Positions 36,213 to 46,776 of a stretch of DNA of 64,000 nucleotides are shown here, in pieces (within the stretch, counting starts at the first letter, position 1; every line of letters starts with the position of its first letter). Under the pieces are notes generated by a model. It was given only the letters and a program-made list of their open reading frames with translations. It was not told the origin of the DNA and ran no database searches. Made by a program: the position numbers and the translations under genes. The stretch covers positions 3,159 through 67,158 of the forward strand of contig CANQPI010000008.1 in NCBI GenBank assembly GCA_947625725.1, given 5' to 3'. The stretch is from an uncultured Clostridia bacterium (GTDB lineage Bacteria > Bacillota > Clostridia > Christensenellales > CAG-314).

Positions 36213-37736
36213 CTACAACAGCGGCGCGATTATTTTGAGCAATGCGCGCGCAAATTTGCCGGGCAAATGTTCTTTCATCATGCGCGCGTCCACGATCATG
36301 GATTTGCTTTGCGTTTCGCAAAAATCCCGCTCCATATCCGCAATTGCCGGAACGCGATACATCCAAACGCCGTTTTCGAAATGGTGAACGAGCGATCTGT
36401 AATCGAGATTTATCGTGCCCACTATCGCCGTGTCGCCGTCGGCGCTATACATCTTGGCATGAATGAAACCGGGAGTATATTCGTAAATTTTTACTCCCGC
36501 TTCCACCAGACGCGGGTAATAACTGCGAGTCATGGAAAACACCGCCTTTTTGTCCGGTATGTGAGGCGTTATCAACCGCACGTCCACGCCGCGCAAGGCG
36601 GCGTTTTCGATAGCCTGTTCCAATTCGTTGTCCACTATGAGATACGGGCTGGTCATGTACACGTGGTGCTTTGCCTGTCCCAACAAATTTATGAGCGCGA
36701 CCTTTGCCACCTGCCTTTCGTACAAAGGTTTGGGTCCGTCGCCGAATGGCACCACGTAACCTCCCGGCGATACCTGCGGCGACTGCTTGTAGTACGAGCC
36801 GATGTTTTCGCCGCGAGAAGAATTCAGTCCGAAGTCCGCCAAATACAGTCGCGTAAACTCGTTGACGGCATTGCCTTCAAGACGAATACCGACGTCTTTC
36901 CAATGACCGAAGCGCACGCGCTCGTTGATGTACTCGTCGGCGAGATTGAAACCGCCCGTATAGGCGATCTTGCCGTCTATGATAATTATCTTGCGGTGGT
37001 TGCGATTGTTGAATTTGTTGTTTGCCTGCGCGCGCAATCTCGAAAAGGTTACGCATTTTATGCCCATTTTGTTGAGAGTCTTGAAGTAATTGCCCGGTAA
37101 AGTGCGCATGCAACCTATGTCGTCGTACATCACCCTCACCTCTACGCCTTGCGCAACTTTTTGTCGAAGAATTTGCAAAACGGAGTTCCAGAACTTGCCC
37201 TCCTGAATGATAAAGGACTCAACGAACACAAACTGTTCGGCACGGTTCAGATCGTCCAACAACGCGGGGAAAACATGCTCGCCCAACGAAAAATATCTTA
37301 CGTAGGTATCCGTATAAATGTGGGTTTGGGACAAATTTTTGAGCAAAGTTGCCTGAGAATACGCGCGCTCGCTGTCGGAAACAAGTCTGCATGCGTCGGC
37401 GCTGTCCGTCAGAACGTCGTTTTGTTCGATCCAGGCGCGCAGTTTGCGGCGTTGATCGGCGCTCAGTTTGCGCGAATAAAACATAAAGTAGCACATAAAG
37501 CCGACGACAGGTATTATCAACACAAAGAAAAGCCAAGGCACTTTGTAATCGGGATTGTCGCGACCGGCGATTATCACTATCGCAACTGCCAACTGCGTTA
37601 CCGCCTCGGCAATGAGCATATAGCGGCTATGAATGGTAACAAGCACCACCAACGCCATTACCGATACTATTTCCAAGAGTATCAGCAGTATGTTGAACAC
37701 AAACCTGAAAGGCATGTATTTGCGATACTTTTTCAT
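36213..37736 (-). CDS. cls: cardiolipin synthase
   Basis: Two HKD motifs (NRNHRKIIIIDGKIAYTGGFNLADEY and GFIHAKMYSADGDTAIVGTINLDYRS) and N-terminal TM helices. Start at the ATG at 37736 after GGAGG. The longer ORF would overlap the divergent gene. Confidence 0.9.
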   Translation of the reverse strand: MKKYRKYMPFRFVFNILLILLEIVSVMALVVLVTIHSRYMLIAEAVTQLAVAIVIIAGRDNPDYKVPWLFFVLIIPVVGFMCYFMFYSRKLSADQRRKLRAWIEQNDVLTDSADACRLVSDSERAYSQATLLKNLSQTHIYTDTYVRYFSLGEHVFPALLDDLNRAEQFVFVESFIIQEGKFWNSVLQILRQKVAQGVEVRVMYDDIGCMRTLPGNYFKTLNKMGIKCVTFSRLRAQANNKFNNRNHRKIIIIDGKIAYTGGFNLADEYINERVRFGHWKDVGIRLEGNAVNEFTRLYLADFGLNSSRGENIGSYYKQSPQVSPGGYVVPFGDGPKPLYERQVAKVALINLLGQAKHHVYMTSPYLIVDNELEQAIENAALRGVDVRLITPHIPDKKAVFSMTRSYYPRLVEAGVKIYEYTPGFIHAKMYSADGDTAIVGTINLDYRSLVHHFENGVWMYRVPAIADMERDFCETQSKSMIVDARMMKEHLPGKFARALLKIIAPLL

Positions 37737-37857
37737 AAAAACCTCCGTCAGCCCGACAGGTAGTGTACCCCAAAAGCCGAACGTTGTCAATAGCGGCGAA
37801 GTAAAGTTGACATTTTGAGAGCAAAAGGTTATAATCGGCGCAGGAGGAACAAAAGAT

Positions 37858-39135
37858 ATGTCAAACGAATTGCCAAAGAACGCCGCGCGGGAGGTTTCCA
37901 TCGACCGTCTGCGCGGACTGTGCATATTTATCATGGTGGGATCGGTACTGTTGGGAATGTTCGGCGATACCTTTATGGCTATCGGCGGATTGTTTCAACA
38001 CGGCGACAAGGGTTGGCAGGTAGTGCCCGGCAACGCAAACTTTGTAAACGGCGGTTACAGCGGCATTGCCTTTGCCGACGTGTTTGCGCCGCTGTTTATT
38101 TTTGTTATCGGGTTGACCTACTGCGACAGTTTCCGCTCGCGTAGTCAAAAGTTCGGCGCAAAAAAGGCGTACTTTCAGATGGCGGTCCGCTACCTTGCGC
38201 TGATAGGTTTCGGCGCGGCTGTGGACGGATGTGAAATGTTGTTGGACGTTTTCGACGGGAAATGGGCGGAAATGCCTGCGGGCGACAGAGTTTTTTCCGT
38301 TGCGGCAATCGCTTTGCTGTTGACGCTGATTTTGTTGGGAATATCGCTGTTTGTAAAAAACGACAAATTCAAACGCGTTGCGAGCGCGACTTTTCGCTAC
38401 ACAACGGCGGTTATAGGCGTGTTTACTTTGATTGTGGCGATAGCGTCGCTTGGAGAACGCATAGGCGCGGCTTTCGGCACGAACACGCTGTACGAAGGGT
38501 CGGTTTTCGGCGGAAACGTGTGGGACACGTTGCCCAACATAGGCTTGGCGGGTCTGTTGGCATTGCCCTTTGCAAGTTTTGACAAATGGGGGAGGCTCAC
38601 CGTTGTAGCCGTCGGTTGGACGGCGTTGACGATACTGTATCAATTCAACGGCTTTGCCATCGGCGAATGGATGTTGGAAGGCGGTATCGTTGGCGGAATA
38701 GGCTGGTGCGGCATTTTGCTGATGGGCTCGGTACTGCGCGACTTCAAACGAGATGGCAACAAAGCGTGGTTTTGGGCAATGAGCGGCGGCATGATCATCG
38801 TTTCCGTAATACTGATAACGTTGTGCGGCTTTGTCGCTTCCAAGAGGGGCGGCACGCCCGTTTACTGCATGTTCTGCACGGGCGTGGGCGGTTTGCTGTG
38901 GGGCGTGATCGCGCTACTCGACAATTGGCAACCCAAATTTGCCTTCTTCCGTTGGTGGGGCGGCAGTTGTTTCCTGACTTACGTGCTGACGCTCGTATTC
39001 GGGTTTGCAATGGAAGCGGCTATGGGAAACGGCACTCCCGTGTGGTTGGCGTTGATAATAGGCGTTGCCTGGTACGCGGTCATGTCCGTAATGAATTGGT
39101 TGCTCGCGCGCTTTGACAAGCACATTCGAATGTAA
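37858..39135 (+). CDS. polytopic membrane protein, DUF5009/HGSNAT-like acyltransferase family
   Basis: 425 aa with about 11 TM helices. The N-terminal SIDRLRGLCIFIMV motif is typical of this family. SD AGGAGG. Confidence 0.6.
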   Translation: MSNELPKNAAREVSIDRLRGLCIFIMVGSVLLGMFGDTFMAIGGLFQHGDKGWQVVPGNANFVNGGYSGIAFADVFAPLFIFVIGLTYCDSFRSRSQKFGAKKAYFQMAVRYLALIGFGAAVDGCEMLLDVFDGKWAEMPAGDRVFSVAAIALLLTLILLGISLFVKNDKFKRVASATFRYTTAVIGVFTLIVAIASLGERIGAAFGTNTLYEGSVFGGNVWDTLPNIGLAGLLALPFASFDKWGRLTVVAVGWTALTILYQFNGFAIGEWMLEGGIVGGIGWCGILLMGSVLRDFKRDGNKAWFWAMSGGMIIVSVILITLCGFVASKRGGTPVYCMFCTGVGGLLWGVIALLDNWQPKFAFFRWWGGSCFLTYVLTLVFGFAMEAAMGNGTPVWLALIIGVAWYAVMSVMNWLLARFDKHIRM

Positions 39136-39175
39136 CGTTGCGCCCTAAGGCTTGCGCTACGCGATCTGACAATAC

Positions 39176-39215
39176 AAAAAGGCTCGCTTCCGTTTGAGAA
39201 AGCGAGCCTTTTTTG
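39176..39215. terminator. bidirectional Rho-independent terminator
   Basis: A5-GGCUCGCUU-loop-AAGCGAGCC-T6, between convergent genes. Confidence 0.65.
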
Positions 39216-39232
39216 ATTGATTGCGAAAGCAA

Positions 39233-42200
39233 TTATTTGCCTGTTGCGGGAGAATTTTCGTCGGATGGGGTGGAATTTTCGTCGGAAACGTCCTGCGCCT
39301 CGTCGGTACTGTCAACGGTATTTGCGCTGTCGGATTCGCCGACGGCAACGGAGTCTTGCTCGGCGGAAGGCGCGTTTTCGCCTTGTCCCTCGCCGCTTTC
39401 GTCGCTTGCGACCGCCCGTTTGTCAAAGCGAATACGCTTGATAAGGCAATAGAAACAGGGTATGAGTATCAACGTGACCGTCGTGCCCAACAGCAAGCCG
39501 CCCAAAACGACTATGCCCATTGGTTGCATCAATTCGCCGCCACGACCGAAGCCCAACGCAAGGGGCACCAACGCGAGTACCGTCGTCAACGTCGTCATAA
39601 GTATGGGGCGCAAACGGGATTTGCAACCGTCTATCACTGCTTCCTGCGGAGTCATGCCCTCGGCAATGAGCATGTTGATTTTGTCTATCATTACGATTGC
39701 GCCGTTTACTATCACGCCCATAAGCATGATCAATCCAACAAAGGACACCACGTTCAGCGTCATTCCCGTGATCGCCAACGCCAAAAAACCGCCCGTAAAA
39801 CTGAACGGTATGGACATTATCACGACAAACGGCTTGCTCAAACTCTCGAACTGGCATGCCATCACGCTGTAAAGCAGTACAAACGCCGCTATCAATGACA
39901 CGACCAGCCCGTCAAAAGCGTCGTTGAGGTAACTTGCAACGCCGCTCTCGACGTATTCCACTCCGTCATAACCCGCAAGCGCCTCGTTGACGGTGCGGGA
40001 AATGACCTTGCCCACCGAGCCGCTGTCTATGCCGTAGATTTCCAAATCTATGCTTGTAGAATACTTGCCGTCCCTCTTGTTAATGGAAGAAGCAACGGAA
40101 TTTGTCGTGTAGGGCAAGCCGTCGTCGTTGTATTGCAATACATCGGCAAGTTTGACAACGCCGTCGGAATCGAACCCTACGACAATATTCGCAAGTCCGT
40201 CCAGATCGTACTTGGCGGCGGCGGAAAACAGAACGTTGACTTGACGACTTTCGCCGTCGATCGTGACGTTTGCCGCGGTGTAACCGCTAAGCCCCACGCG
40301 CAACAGCATTACCGCCGTTTGATAGTCCACTCCGCGTTCCGCGCATAGCGTGCGATCGAACTTGAACGAAACTTCAGTATTGAGCGACGGTGTGTTGTCC
40401 ACTGCGGACACAATGTGTTGAGGATCCGCTTCGAGCAATCTTTGCGTGACGGTCGCCGCCGCGGAGCGCAATGTTTCCATATCGTTGCCCAGCAATGTGA
40501 CGGACTGTCCCGCCATTCCGCCGGTTACTTCCGCGACAACGCCGTCCATTTCTCTCACGGCGACGCTCTTGGCGGTTACGTCAAGCGTTTTTATGAGTTC
40601 GCGTATCTCCTGCACGGTTTTGGAAGTGTCGAGTCTTTCTTTGGCGGGTTTGTTTGCGTCCGTCTGTATGCGTATGACGCCGCTGTTGGAGGTCGCCAAC
40701 AAGCCTTGCTGCCCGACCGTCATCGAAACGTATTGCAACTTGTCGCCATAGCGTTCGCGCACGGCGTCGGCGACAAGCGAACTGCAAGCGGTCGCCTCAT
40801 CCAAACTTGTTGACGGGTCGAAATCCAAGTCCACTTCTATCACGCCTTTGTCAACGCTCGGCATAAATTCTGTACCCGTGGTAAACACCAACGCCACGCT
40901 TGCGCCAAACAGAGCCAACGCCACCACGCACACAAGCACGCGTTTTGTCAATATTTTGGAAAGCGCCTTGCCGTAACCCTGTTCCAACTTGCCGAAAGAC
41001 GCCTTGTTCAACTTGGCGCGCAACCGCTCCACGCGCTCCTTGAACGCCTTGCGACGTTGCAGGGATTTTTCGTTGCGGTTGTTGATATTTTCGCGGGGTT
41101 CCGTTTGGTAAGCGGTGATTTTGGAATACGTTCCGTCGGGGTTCTTTTTGTAGCGTTTGCGCCGATCTTTGCGATAGATAAGGTGATACAACGACGGAAT
41201 GACCGTGACCGCCACAATAAGGGACATAACAATGGAAAACAGCACCGCCCACACCAGGTCGTAGAAGATTTCCCTCGTCAATCCACGCGCAAACAGTATT
41301 GGGAAAAACACGCACACGTTGGTAAGCGTGGAGGCGAGCAAACTGCCCGCAACCTCCTTGGTGCCGTTGAGGCATGCGTCATACACGCTGTCGCCCATAT
41401 CGCGCCGTTTTGTTATGCTTTCCAACACGACGATACTGTTATCCACCAACATTCCTATGCCTACCGCCAAGCCGCCCAACGATACCAGATTGAGGTTGAT
41501 ACCCATTGCCCACAGTCCCGCAAGCGCGACAAGCACCGACAACGGCATGGTGACGGACACCACCAACGAACTGCCCGCCTTGCGCACGAACAGGAAAATG
41601 ACTATGATCGCCAACACGCCGCCTATCACAATGGAACCAAGCACGTTGTCGATACTGTCGGAAATGAATTGCGCCTTGTCGTCCAACAACACCACCGCGC
41701 TTGTAAGTTTGGTGTCGGCAATTACGTTTTTGATAGCGTCCACGACCGCGGTCGTGTTGGCGTCGGATACGGCGTACACCTCGATCGTTACCGCCAACAA
41801 GTTGTTATACTCGGCATAGGCAATATTGTTGAGGTACATTTCCGCATGCCCCAGATAGGCAAGAGGTACGACTATACTGTCGGGATAGACGGTTTGCGTA
41901 GAGTCGGCCGCGCCGCTTTCATCCGAAACGGACGTTTGAACGCCACCGAAATCGCAAGTGCGCACAAAACGCACAATATCGCGAGTAACGGTCATGCCCA
42001 AACTTTCCCCGAGGCAAAACATATTGCAAATATCCAACGTTTCGTCGTCGCTGAAAACCACGTAATCGCCATAGGAGTAATAATTGGCGGCTATTTGGTC
42101 GTCGCTGAGCGTCAACGGCGCGCCATTGTCGTCCACGGGAACGTTGTCCGCATTGACTACGCGCCCGAAAGAGTTTACATAGTACCGCACGCCGTTGATT

Positions 42201-43393
42201 TCCGCAATACGTTTGCCGTTTTCGTCCGTTACTACGGGCTTGCCGTTGGCGTAGACGGGCGCGCCGTCCGCGTTGACGTGCGCTTTTTTGAGCAGATACA
42301 GTTTGCCGACAATGCTGTCGGGGTCGGCGTTTGCGGTGTTGTCGGCAGTCGCGCCCTCCCTGCGAACAAAAAAGTTTTCCTGCCTCATCAAACGCACAAC
42401 GTCCGACGAAAGCAGTTCGTCGATATTTTGGGGCAAAGTGATGCCCATTGCTTCAAACAAATGCAGGCTATCCATTGCCTTTATCCAATTCAGCAACGCG
42501 TCGCGCACTTCTTCGTCCGACTGCGCGGGGTCGTCAAACGCATGAGAATTGTTTTTGAGCAAGATCAGCATATCCAGCAAACTTGTCACGTCGCCGAGAG
42601 AGGCGTTTTCCAACCCCGACAACAACGATTTGGCTTGATCCAACTTGCCGAACAGTTCGCCGCCCAAACTCAACTCAACGGGCAAACGCATAACGTCCAA
42701 CAGACTTGCCGCGTCGGTAGCGTTGCGGATAGATACGGTCGTGCCGTCCTGCATAACGGAGCCGAGCGGTATGTTGAGATTTTCGTTGGTGAGAGCCTGC
42801 ACAACAAGCAATGCCGATATTTCCAAACCGTCCAGGGCGGTTATGCGAATTTGCTTTTCGGGAGTGCCCAGCACGTTGACCGAGCCCACGCCCTCGATAC
42901 CGCTCAATTTGGCGGCAAGCGCGTTGGCGTCGGCAGTCAACGCGTCGGGATCGCCCGCGGCGTTGTAGACGGAAATAGTTGCCGTAGCCGTACCGTTCAT
43001 GTCGATTTTGATGTAGTCGGGAGTTTGACAACCCTCGGGAAAGGCGACGGAATCGAAAGCGTCCTCGATAACTTCGATCTTGGCGTCAATATCCGTACCG
43101 TAGTCGAATGTCAACACCGCAACGCACACGTTGTCGTAGGATGTCGCGTCCAATTCGGTTATACCGGGCACAGTTTGCAGCGCCTTTTCTATCTTGCTTG
43201 TTACGCCGTCCTCAACGCTTTGCGCGCTTGCCCCGGGGTACACCACCGAGATACCCAACATCGGCATTTTGATGTCGGGTAGCAAATTGGTGGGCATGTT
43301 GAGCGTTGCCAAAACGCCCACCGCCATCAATACTACCACCAATACGCAAACAGTTACGGGCCGCTTGATAGATGTTTTTATCAGTGAATTCAT
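39233..43393 (-). CDS. RND-family efflux permease (AcrB/SwrC-like) with a large insertion and an acidic tail
   Basis: About 1386 aa from the ATG at 43393 (MNSLIKTSIKRPVTV), preceded by GAGGTGG. 12-TM RND topology and conserved TM4 region (GGLAVGIGMLVDNSIVVLE). An extra segment of about 330 aa sits in the first extracytoplasmic loop. The C-terminal tail of about 60 aa is rich in D, E and S. Confidence 0.9.
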   Translation of the reverse strand: MNSLIKTSIKRPVTVCVLVVVLMAVGVLATLNMPTNLLPDIKMPMLGISVVYPGASAQSVEDGVTSKIEKALQTVPGITELDATSYDNVCVAVLTFDYGTDIDAKIEVIEDAFDSVAFPEGCQTPDYIKIDMNGTATATISVYNAAGDPDALTADANALAAKLSGIEGVGSVNVLGTPEKQIRITALDGLEISALLVVQALTNENLNIPLGSVMQDGTTVSIRNATDAASLLDVMRLPVELSLGGELFGKLDQAKSLLSGLENASLGDVTSLLDMLILLKNNSHAFDDPAQSDEEVRDALLNWIKAMDSLHLFEAMGITLPQNIDELLSSDVVRLMRQENFFVRREGATADNTANADPDSIVGKLYLLKKAHVNADGAPVYANGKPVVTDENGKRIAEINGVRYYVNSFGRVVNADNVPVDDNGAPLTLSDDQIAANYYSYGDYVVFSDDETLDICNMFCLGESLGMTVTRDIVRFVRTCDFGGVQTSVSDESGAADSTQTVYPDSIVVPLAYLGHAEMYLNNIAYAEYNNLLAVTIEVYAVSDANTTAVVDAIKNVIADTKLTSAVVLLDDKAQFISDSIDNVLGSIVIGGVLAIIVIFLFVRKAGSSLVVSVTMPLSVLVALAGLWAMGINLNLVSLGGLAVGIGMLVDNSIVVLESITKRRDMGDSVYDACLNGTKEVAGSLLASTLTNVCVFFPILFARGLTREIFYDLVWAVLFSIVMSLIVAVTVIPSLYHLIYRKDRRKRYKKNPDGTYSKITAYQTEPRENINNRNEKSLQRRKAFKERVERLRAKLNKASFGKLEQGYGKALSKILTKRVLVCVVALALFGASVALVFTTGTEFMPSVDKGVIEVDLDFDPSTSLDEATACSSLVADAVRERYGDKLQYVSMTVGQQGLLATSNSGVIRIQTDANKPAKERLDTSKTVQEIRELIKTLDVTAKSVAVREMDGVVAEVTGGMAGQSVTLLGNDMETLRSAAATVTQRLLEADPQHIVSAVDNTPSLNTEVSFKFDRTLCAERGVDYQTAVMLLRVGLSGYTAANVTIDGESRQVNVLFSAAAKYDLDGLANIVVGFDSDGVVKLADVLQYNDDGLPYTTNSVASSINKRDGKYSTSIDLEIYGIDSGSVGKVISRTVNEALAGYDGVEYVESGVASYLNDAFDGLVVSLIAAFVLLYSVMACQFESLSKPFVVIMSIPFSFTGGFLALAITGMTLNVVSFVGLIMLMGVIVNGAIVMIDKINMLIAEGMTPQEAVIDGCKSRLRPILMTTLTTVLALVPLALGFGRGGELMQPMGIVVLGGLLLGTTVTLILIPCFYCLIKRIRFDKRAVASDESGEGQGENAPSAEQDSVAVGESDSANTVDSTDEAQDVSDENSTPSDENSPATGK

Positions 43394-43774
43394 AAACCAC
43401 CTCTGCCATGCGACAGTTTGTTCTGCCGACAAATCGAACAAATTGCAAACGGAGTAAATTTTCGGTCCATTCGGTTCATCGCAGATATATAATGCAACAA
43501 GTTGGTAAAGTGCAACATCAAGATCAAAACGACCTTGTTAAGACGAGTTCCTTTCATTTTCTTGACCTGCCCATCTCCGATCTTGCATACTCCGCTTATT
43601 TGCAAATAAATTATACCACCGCAACATTCAATGTCAATTTTTTTGCGGCTCTTTTGTCACGCGTATTTTTGAATTTTTTTGCCTTTGCGCAAGTAGAATC
43701 GTTATGCGCCGCAAACGAACTTTTTTGCCGAAACGGATCGGGCAAATTTCAGACTCGCCGCAATCGAACGAAAT

Positions 43775-43803
43775 TCAAAAGGACTCCCCGCGGGAAGTCC
43801 TTG
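43775..43803 (-). terminator. Rho-independent terminator after the zinc-ribbon membrane protein gene
   Basis: Minus strand AAGGACUUCCC-GC-GGGGAGUCCUU followed by UUGAAUUU. Confidence 0.55.
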
Positions 43804-43843
43804 CTAAAATTACAGTTCTTTGGCGAATCGAAATGTCGTCTGT

Positions 43844-46648
43844 TTACAAAAGGAAACAACAAACACTCCACGCAAGCGTCAGCAACAAGTCGTCCGTTGC
43901 GGTTTCCAAAACGTAAGCCTTTTCGTCGGTTTCCTTTTTGACGCGTTTTACTATGAACGTGACCAACACCTCTATCAGCGCGGCGATCAATCCTATAATA
44001 ATTATAAGTCGCAATATCATGTCACCATTTTGAATCCGACGAATGCTTGATCCTCCAAGAAACATCGCTACGATACCAATCGATACAAGCGACACGGAAG
44101 TTACCATTTTTGCTTTGCGCTTGCGATTGTTCTCATACTTCCTCATGAGCGAATTAGACAGACTAACCACAGCATATATTACTACTCCCCAAACCGTCAT
44201 TTTACAAAGATAACTTGAAATGAGTAGTATCTGGAAAACATCGTTTCTCGTTCTCCACCAAATGGTTCCCAAGACGTAGTATACTCCCCATAACAACCCA
44301 GCCGACAATATGGACAAAAATACCGATTCGCCCGCGATGTGACGTTTCAGCGATTTTTTGTCCGAAGGATCTTGCGCGACTTTGAGCGCTTTTGTGTTTC
44401 GATTCAACGCAATGCTTGTAAGAACGATAAACACCACCGCAAAAACACAATCGAAGGCAAGAGAAATATAAGAAATTGTCCCATTTCCTGTCATACACGC
44501 AAATCCCATTGAAACGAATATACTTGCAAACAGCAGGTTGCAGTATTTGCTCGCTATGTTGATACCGTTACCGTTGTTGCCGCTTATACCCACCTCGGCA
44601 AATGCGACCAAACACGCAATGATTATCTGAACGCCCCAAAAATTAAAATATCCTATCGTAACTTCTATAAAAACAATCGTCGCACAAGCCAAATACGCGA
44701 TAAAACTCCCGGACATCTGCAAATTGTACTTGGAAACGGCGGGATACTGTTCGTTAAGCAGGTTTCTGCGATAAATTTTGCCGGAAATAACGCGATTTAC
44801 AATAGACAGTGCCAAAAGAGGCAACATAATTACCGACATTATCAAATAGTTAATGACCCAATTGACGTTAGTATATGTCGGCGAGATGTCCCCAATAATA
44901 CAAACAAGCATTGGATACATTGCTGCAACGACCAACAAGACGTATTTCTTCGACGGCAATTTGCTTGCATAACCGAGTGCAACAACGGCCATACCGCACA
45001 ATACAAGCGCGGTAGGCAAAATTGCCAAAGTTAATGTCAAACGCTCCGTCCTTTGTATATCGGCGAAATAGTCTTCAACTTGTTGCTGAAAACTTGATTT
45101 GTAAACATCTAATTCGAATTGAATAGACGACGTGTCTGTTTCCGCCGAATACTTGATGTGCCAACCCACATTGTCGTAACCGTCAATGCTCAGACTGCTC
45201 GACAATTCGTAACCCGTAATGTAACGTAATTGATAGTTGCCGTTTTTGAAAAGGACTCTGACGCCCAACGGCGTATTTTCCGTCAAGTTTTCCACAAATT
45301 GGGGTATGGGTTCGACTTTTTTTACCTCGAACTTGTTTTCAGACCCTTCGCTTTCGGTTTGCAAACTGTGCAAACTCATTGCTACCGAACTGACGCCGCC
45401 GGAACTGTCAAACGTTACTACTATTTGTTTGTAGTCCATGCTCAGCAACTCTTGGTGCAGTTGTTCGATTTGTTCTCGCAATTCCGTGGGACTTGTCGCA
45501 TGTTGCGTTAAACTTTGAATTTTGTCGTAAATTCGCTCGGCATTGTTACTGTAATAATGGTAAGTTGAGTCGCTCGACGTATATTCGTTGGGTTCGCCGA
45601 GAATTTTTTTGACTTTCTCGCGAGAGTCGCCGAACTCGATTTGTGACACTTTGCCCACGCGGAAGTTGTTGCACAACGTTATCGGCAAAACTATTGAAAG
45701 CACTATTGCGACAAGAAGTACGCACACAATAACTACCGACCACATTTTGTGAGCGACAACCCACATCTTGCTCTTTGCGACAAATTCCGACGTGCGGGAT
45801 TGTCGATTATTGGGCTTGGGTTCTTTTTGCTCTTCGGGATCGTTTCTGCCGCAATACCAAGAGGCAAATACGGCGCAAGCCTGCAAAAAGGCAAATACCG
45901 CCGTCAAAGAAATTACCACGGCGGGCAAATTGCCGTACAATTCTTCAAACCCCTCTGTAAATTCTTTACATTGTTTCGACAGCACGCTTGCGCACACAAT
46001 TATTGCAATGTGCAATACAAAACTTACGGATGCAGCCAAGTTGCGACCAAATCGATTGCTTTTCCAATAGACAAGAGTCAGTATCAAAAAGTACGCGTCG
46101 GAAATGGCGGCAAATGAAATTAGCGCACGAGCAGAATCAAACATATCCGACATCATGCTTTCTTTGAGCATATCGTACAAATTGACGTTTCGCTCCACGA
46201 AAAATCCGTCGCTTTTTACGATAATGGCGGCATAAAACGCCCACAACAACGCCGCCCACAGTCCAAACAATACCAACGGCAAATATTTGAGTATCTTGCG
46301 ACCGTCAATCGCTATCACCGTTATGGGGCGAGTTGCAAGTTCCTTTTGCGCAATGCGCTCTTCTACCGACGAATGGATCGTTTGTCGTTCGATTTCGTCC
46401 GCACATTTGTCGTTTTGCGATTGCGGCGATTGCTCCGAGTCCGCGGCATGCGCTATTTGATCGATGTCGGTATAGGAAACCGACTCCGTTGCTTTTTCAA
46501 ATTCGCTCCCACATTCGGTACAAAACTTTGCCGCCGCCTTTTGTTGCGCGCCGCAAATCGAGCAAATTTTTGTCGCTTCGTACTTTGTGCCGCACTCGGG
46601 ACAAAATTTTCCTTCGAACTCCGTACCGCACTTACTGCATTTGTTCAT
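43844..46648 (-). CDS. double zinc-ribbon, polytopic membrane protein (unknown function)
   Basis: 934 aa. The N-terminus has CSKCG...CPECG and CSICG...CTECG. About 4 TM helices follow, then a soluble domain of about 230 aa (IEFGDSREKVKKILGEPNEY is BLIP/SmpA-like), then more than 10 further TM helices. GC is lower than in neighbouring genes. Confidence 0.75.
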   Translation of the reverse strand: MNKCSKCGTEFEGKFCPECGTKYEATKICSICGAQQKAAAKFCTECGSEFEKATESVSYTDIDQIAHAADSEQSPQSQNDKCADEIERQTIHSSVEERIAQKELATRPITVIAIDGRKILKYLPLVLFGLWAALLWAFYAAIIVKSDGFFVERNVNLYDMLKESMMSDMFDSARALISFAAISDAYFLILTLVYWKSNRFGRNLAASVSFVLHIAIIVCASVLSKQCKEFTEGFEELYGNLPAVVISLTAVFAFLQACAVFASWYCGRNDPEEQKEPKPNNRQSRTSEFVAKSKMWVVAHKMWSVVIVCVLLVAIVLSIVLPITLCNNFRVGKVSQIEFGDSREKVKKILGEPNEYTSSDSTYHYYSNNAERIYDKIQSLTQHATSPTELREQIEQLHQELLSMDYKQIVVTFDSSGGVSSVAMSLHSLQTESEGSENKFEVKKVEPIPQFVENLTENTPLGVRVLFKNGNYQLRYITGYELSSSLSIDGYDNVGWHIKYSAETDTSSIQFELDVYKSSFQQQVEDYFADIQRTERLTLTLAILPTALVLCGMAVVALGYASKLPSKKYVLLVVAAMYPMLVCIIGDISPTYTNVNWVINYLIMSVIMLPLLALSIVNRVISGKIYRRNLLNEQYPAVSKYNLQMSGSFIAYLACATIVFIEVTIGYFNFWGVQIIIACLVAFAEVGISGNNGNGINIASKYCNLLFASIFVSMGFACMTGNGTISYISLAFDCVFAVVFIVLTSIALNRNTKALKVAQDPSDKKSLKRHIAGESVFLSILSAGLLWGVYYVLGTIWWRTRNDVFQILLISSYLCKMTVWGVVIYAVVSLSNSLMRKYENNRKRKAKMVTSVSLVSIGIVAMFLGGSSIRRIQNGDMILRLIIIIGLIAALIEVLVTFIVKRVKKETDEKAYVLETATDDLLLTLAWSVCCFLL

Positions 46649-46682
46649 ATCTATACGCTCCTTGCTTTATTTGCACTTTAAT

Positions 46683-46702
46683 TATAGTTAAATTTAACTA
46701 TA
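46683..46702. promoter_or_regulatory. perfect 20-bp palindrome, candidate XRE operator
   Basis: TATAGTTAAATTTAACTATA, in the 128-nt divergent intergenic region. Confidence 0.45.
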
Positions 46703-46776
46703 TTGTCAACTCATAATTGTATTAAATAAGGTTAAAAATTGTTGTAGAATTAGTTAAAAAAGGGAGTAGCGAACCT

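Noticed and set aside
37737-37934. N-terminal extensions proposed by the ORF track: cls to 37934, RND to 43441, WYL gene to 63504, DUF3737 to 51297, hypothetical to 33657, lipoprotein to 32637, comFC to 56284, Gx transporter to 23160.
   Set aside because: In each case an internal start is preceded by a clear SD and begins the recognisable domain or signal peptide. The extension has odd composition and/or overlaps a neighbouring gene or promoter.
43390-43605. A 71-aa ORF upstream of and overlapping the RND start, as a possible small regulator or leader peptide.
   Set aside because: It has no SD and no recognisable fold. It overlaps the better-supported RND start region, so it is most likely non-coding 5' UTR or promoter DNA.
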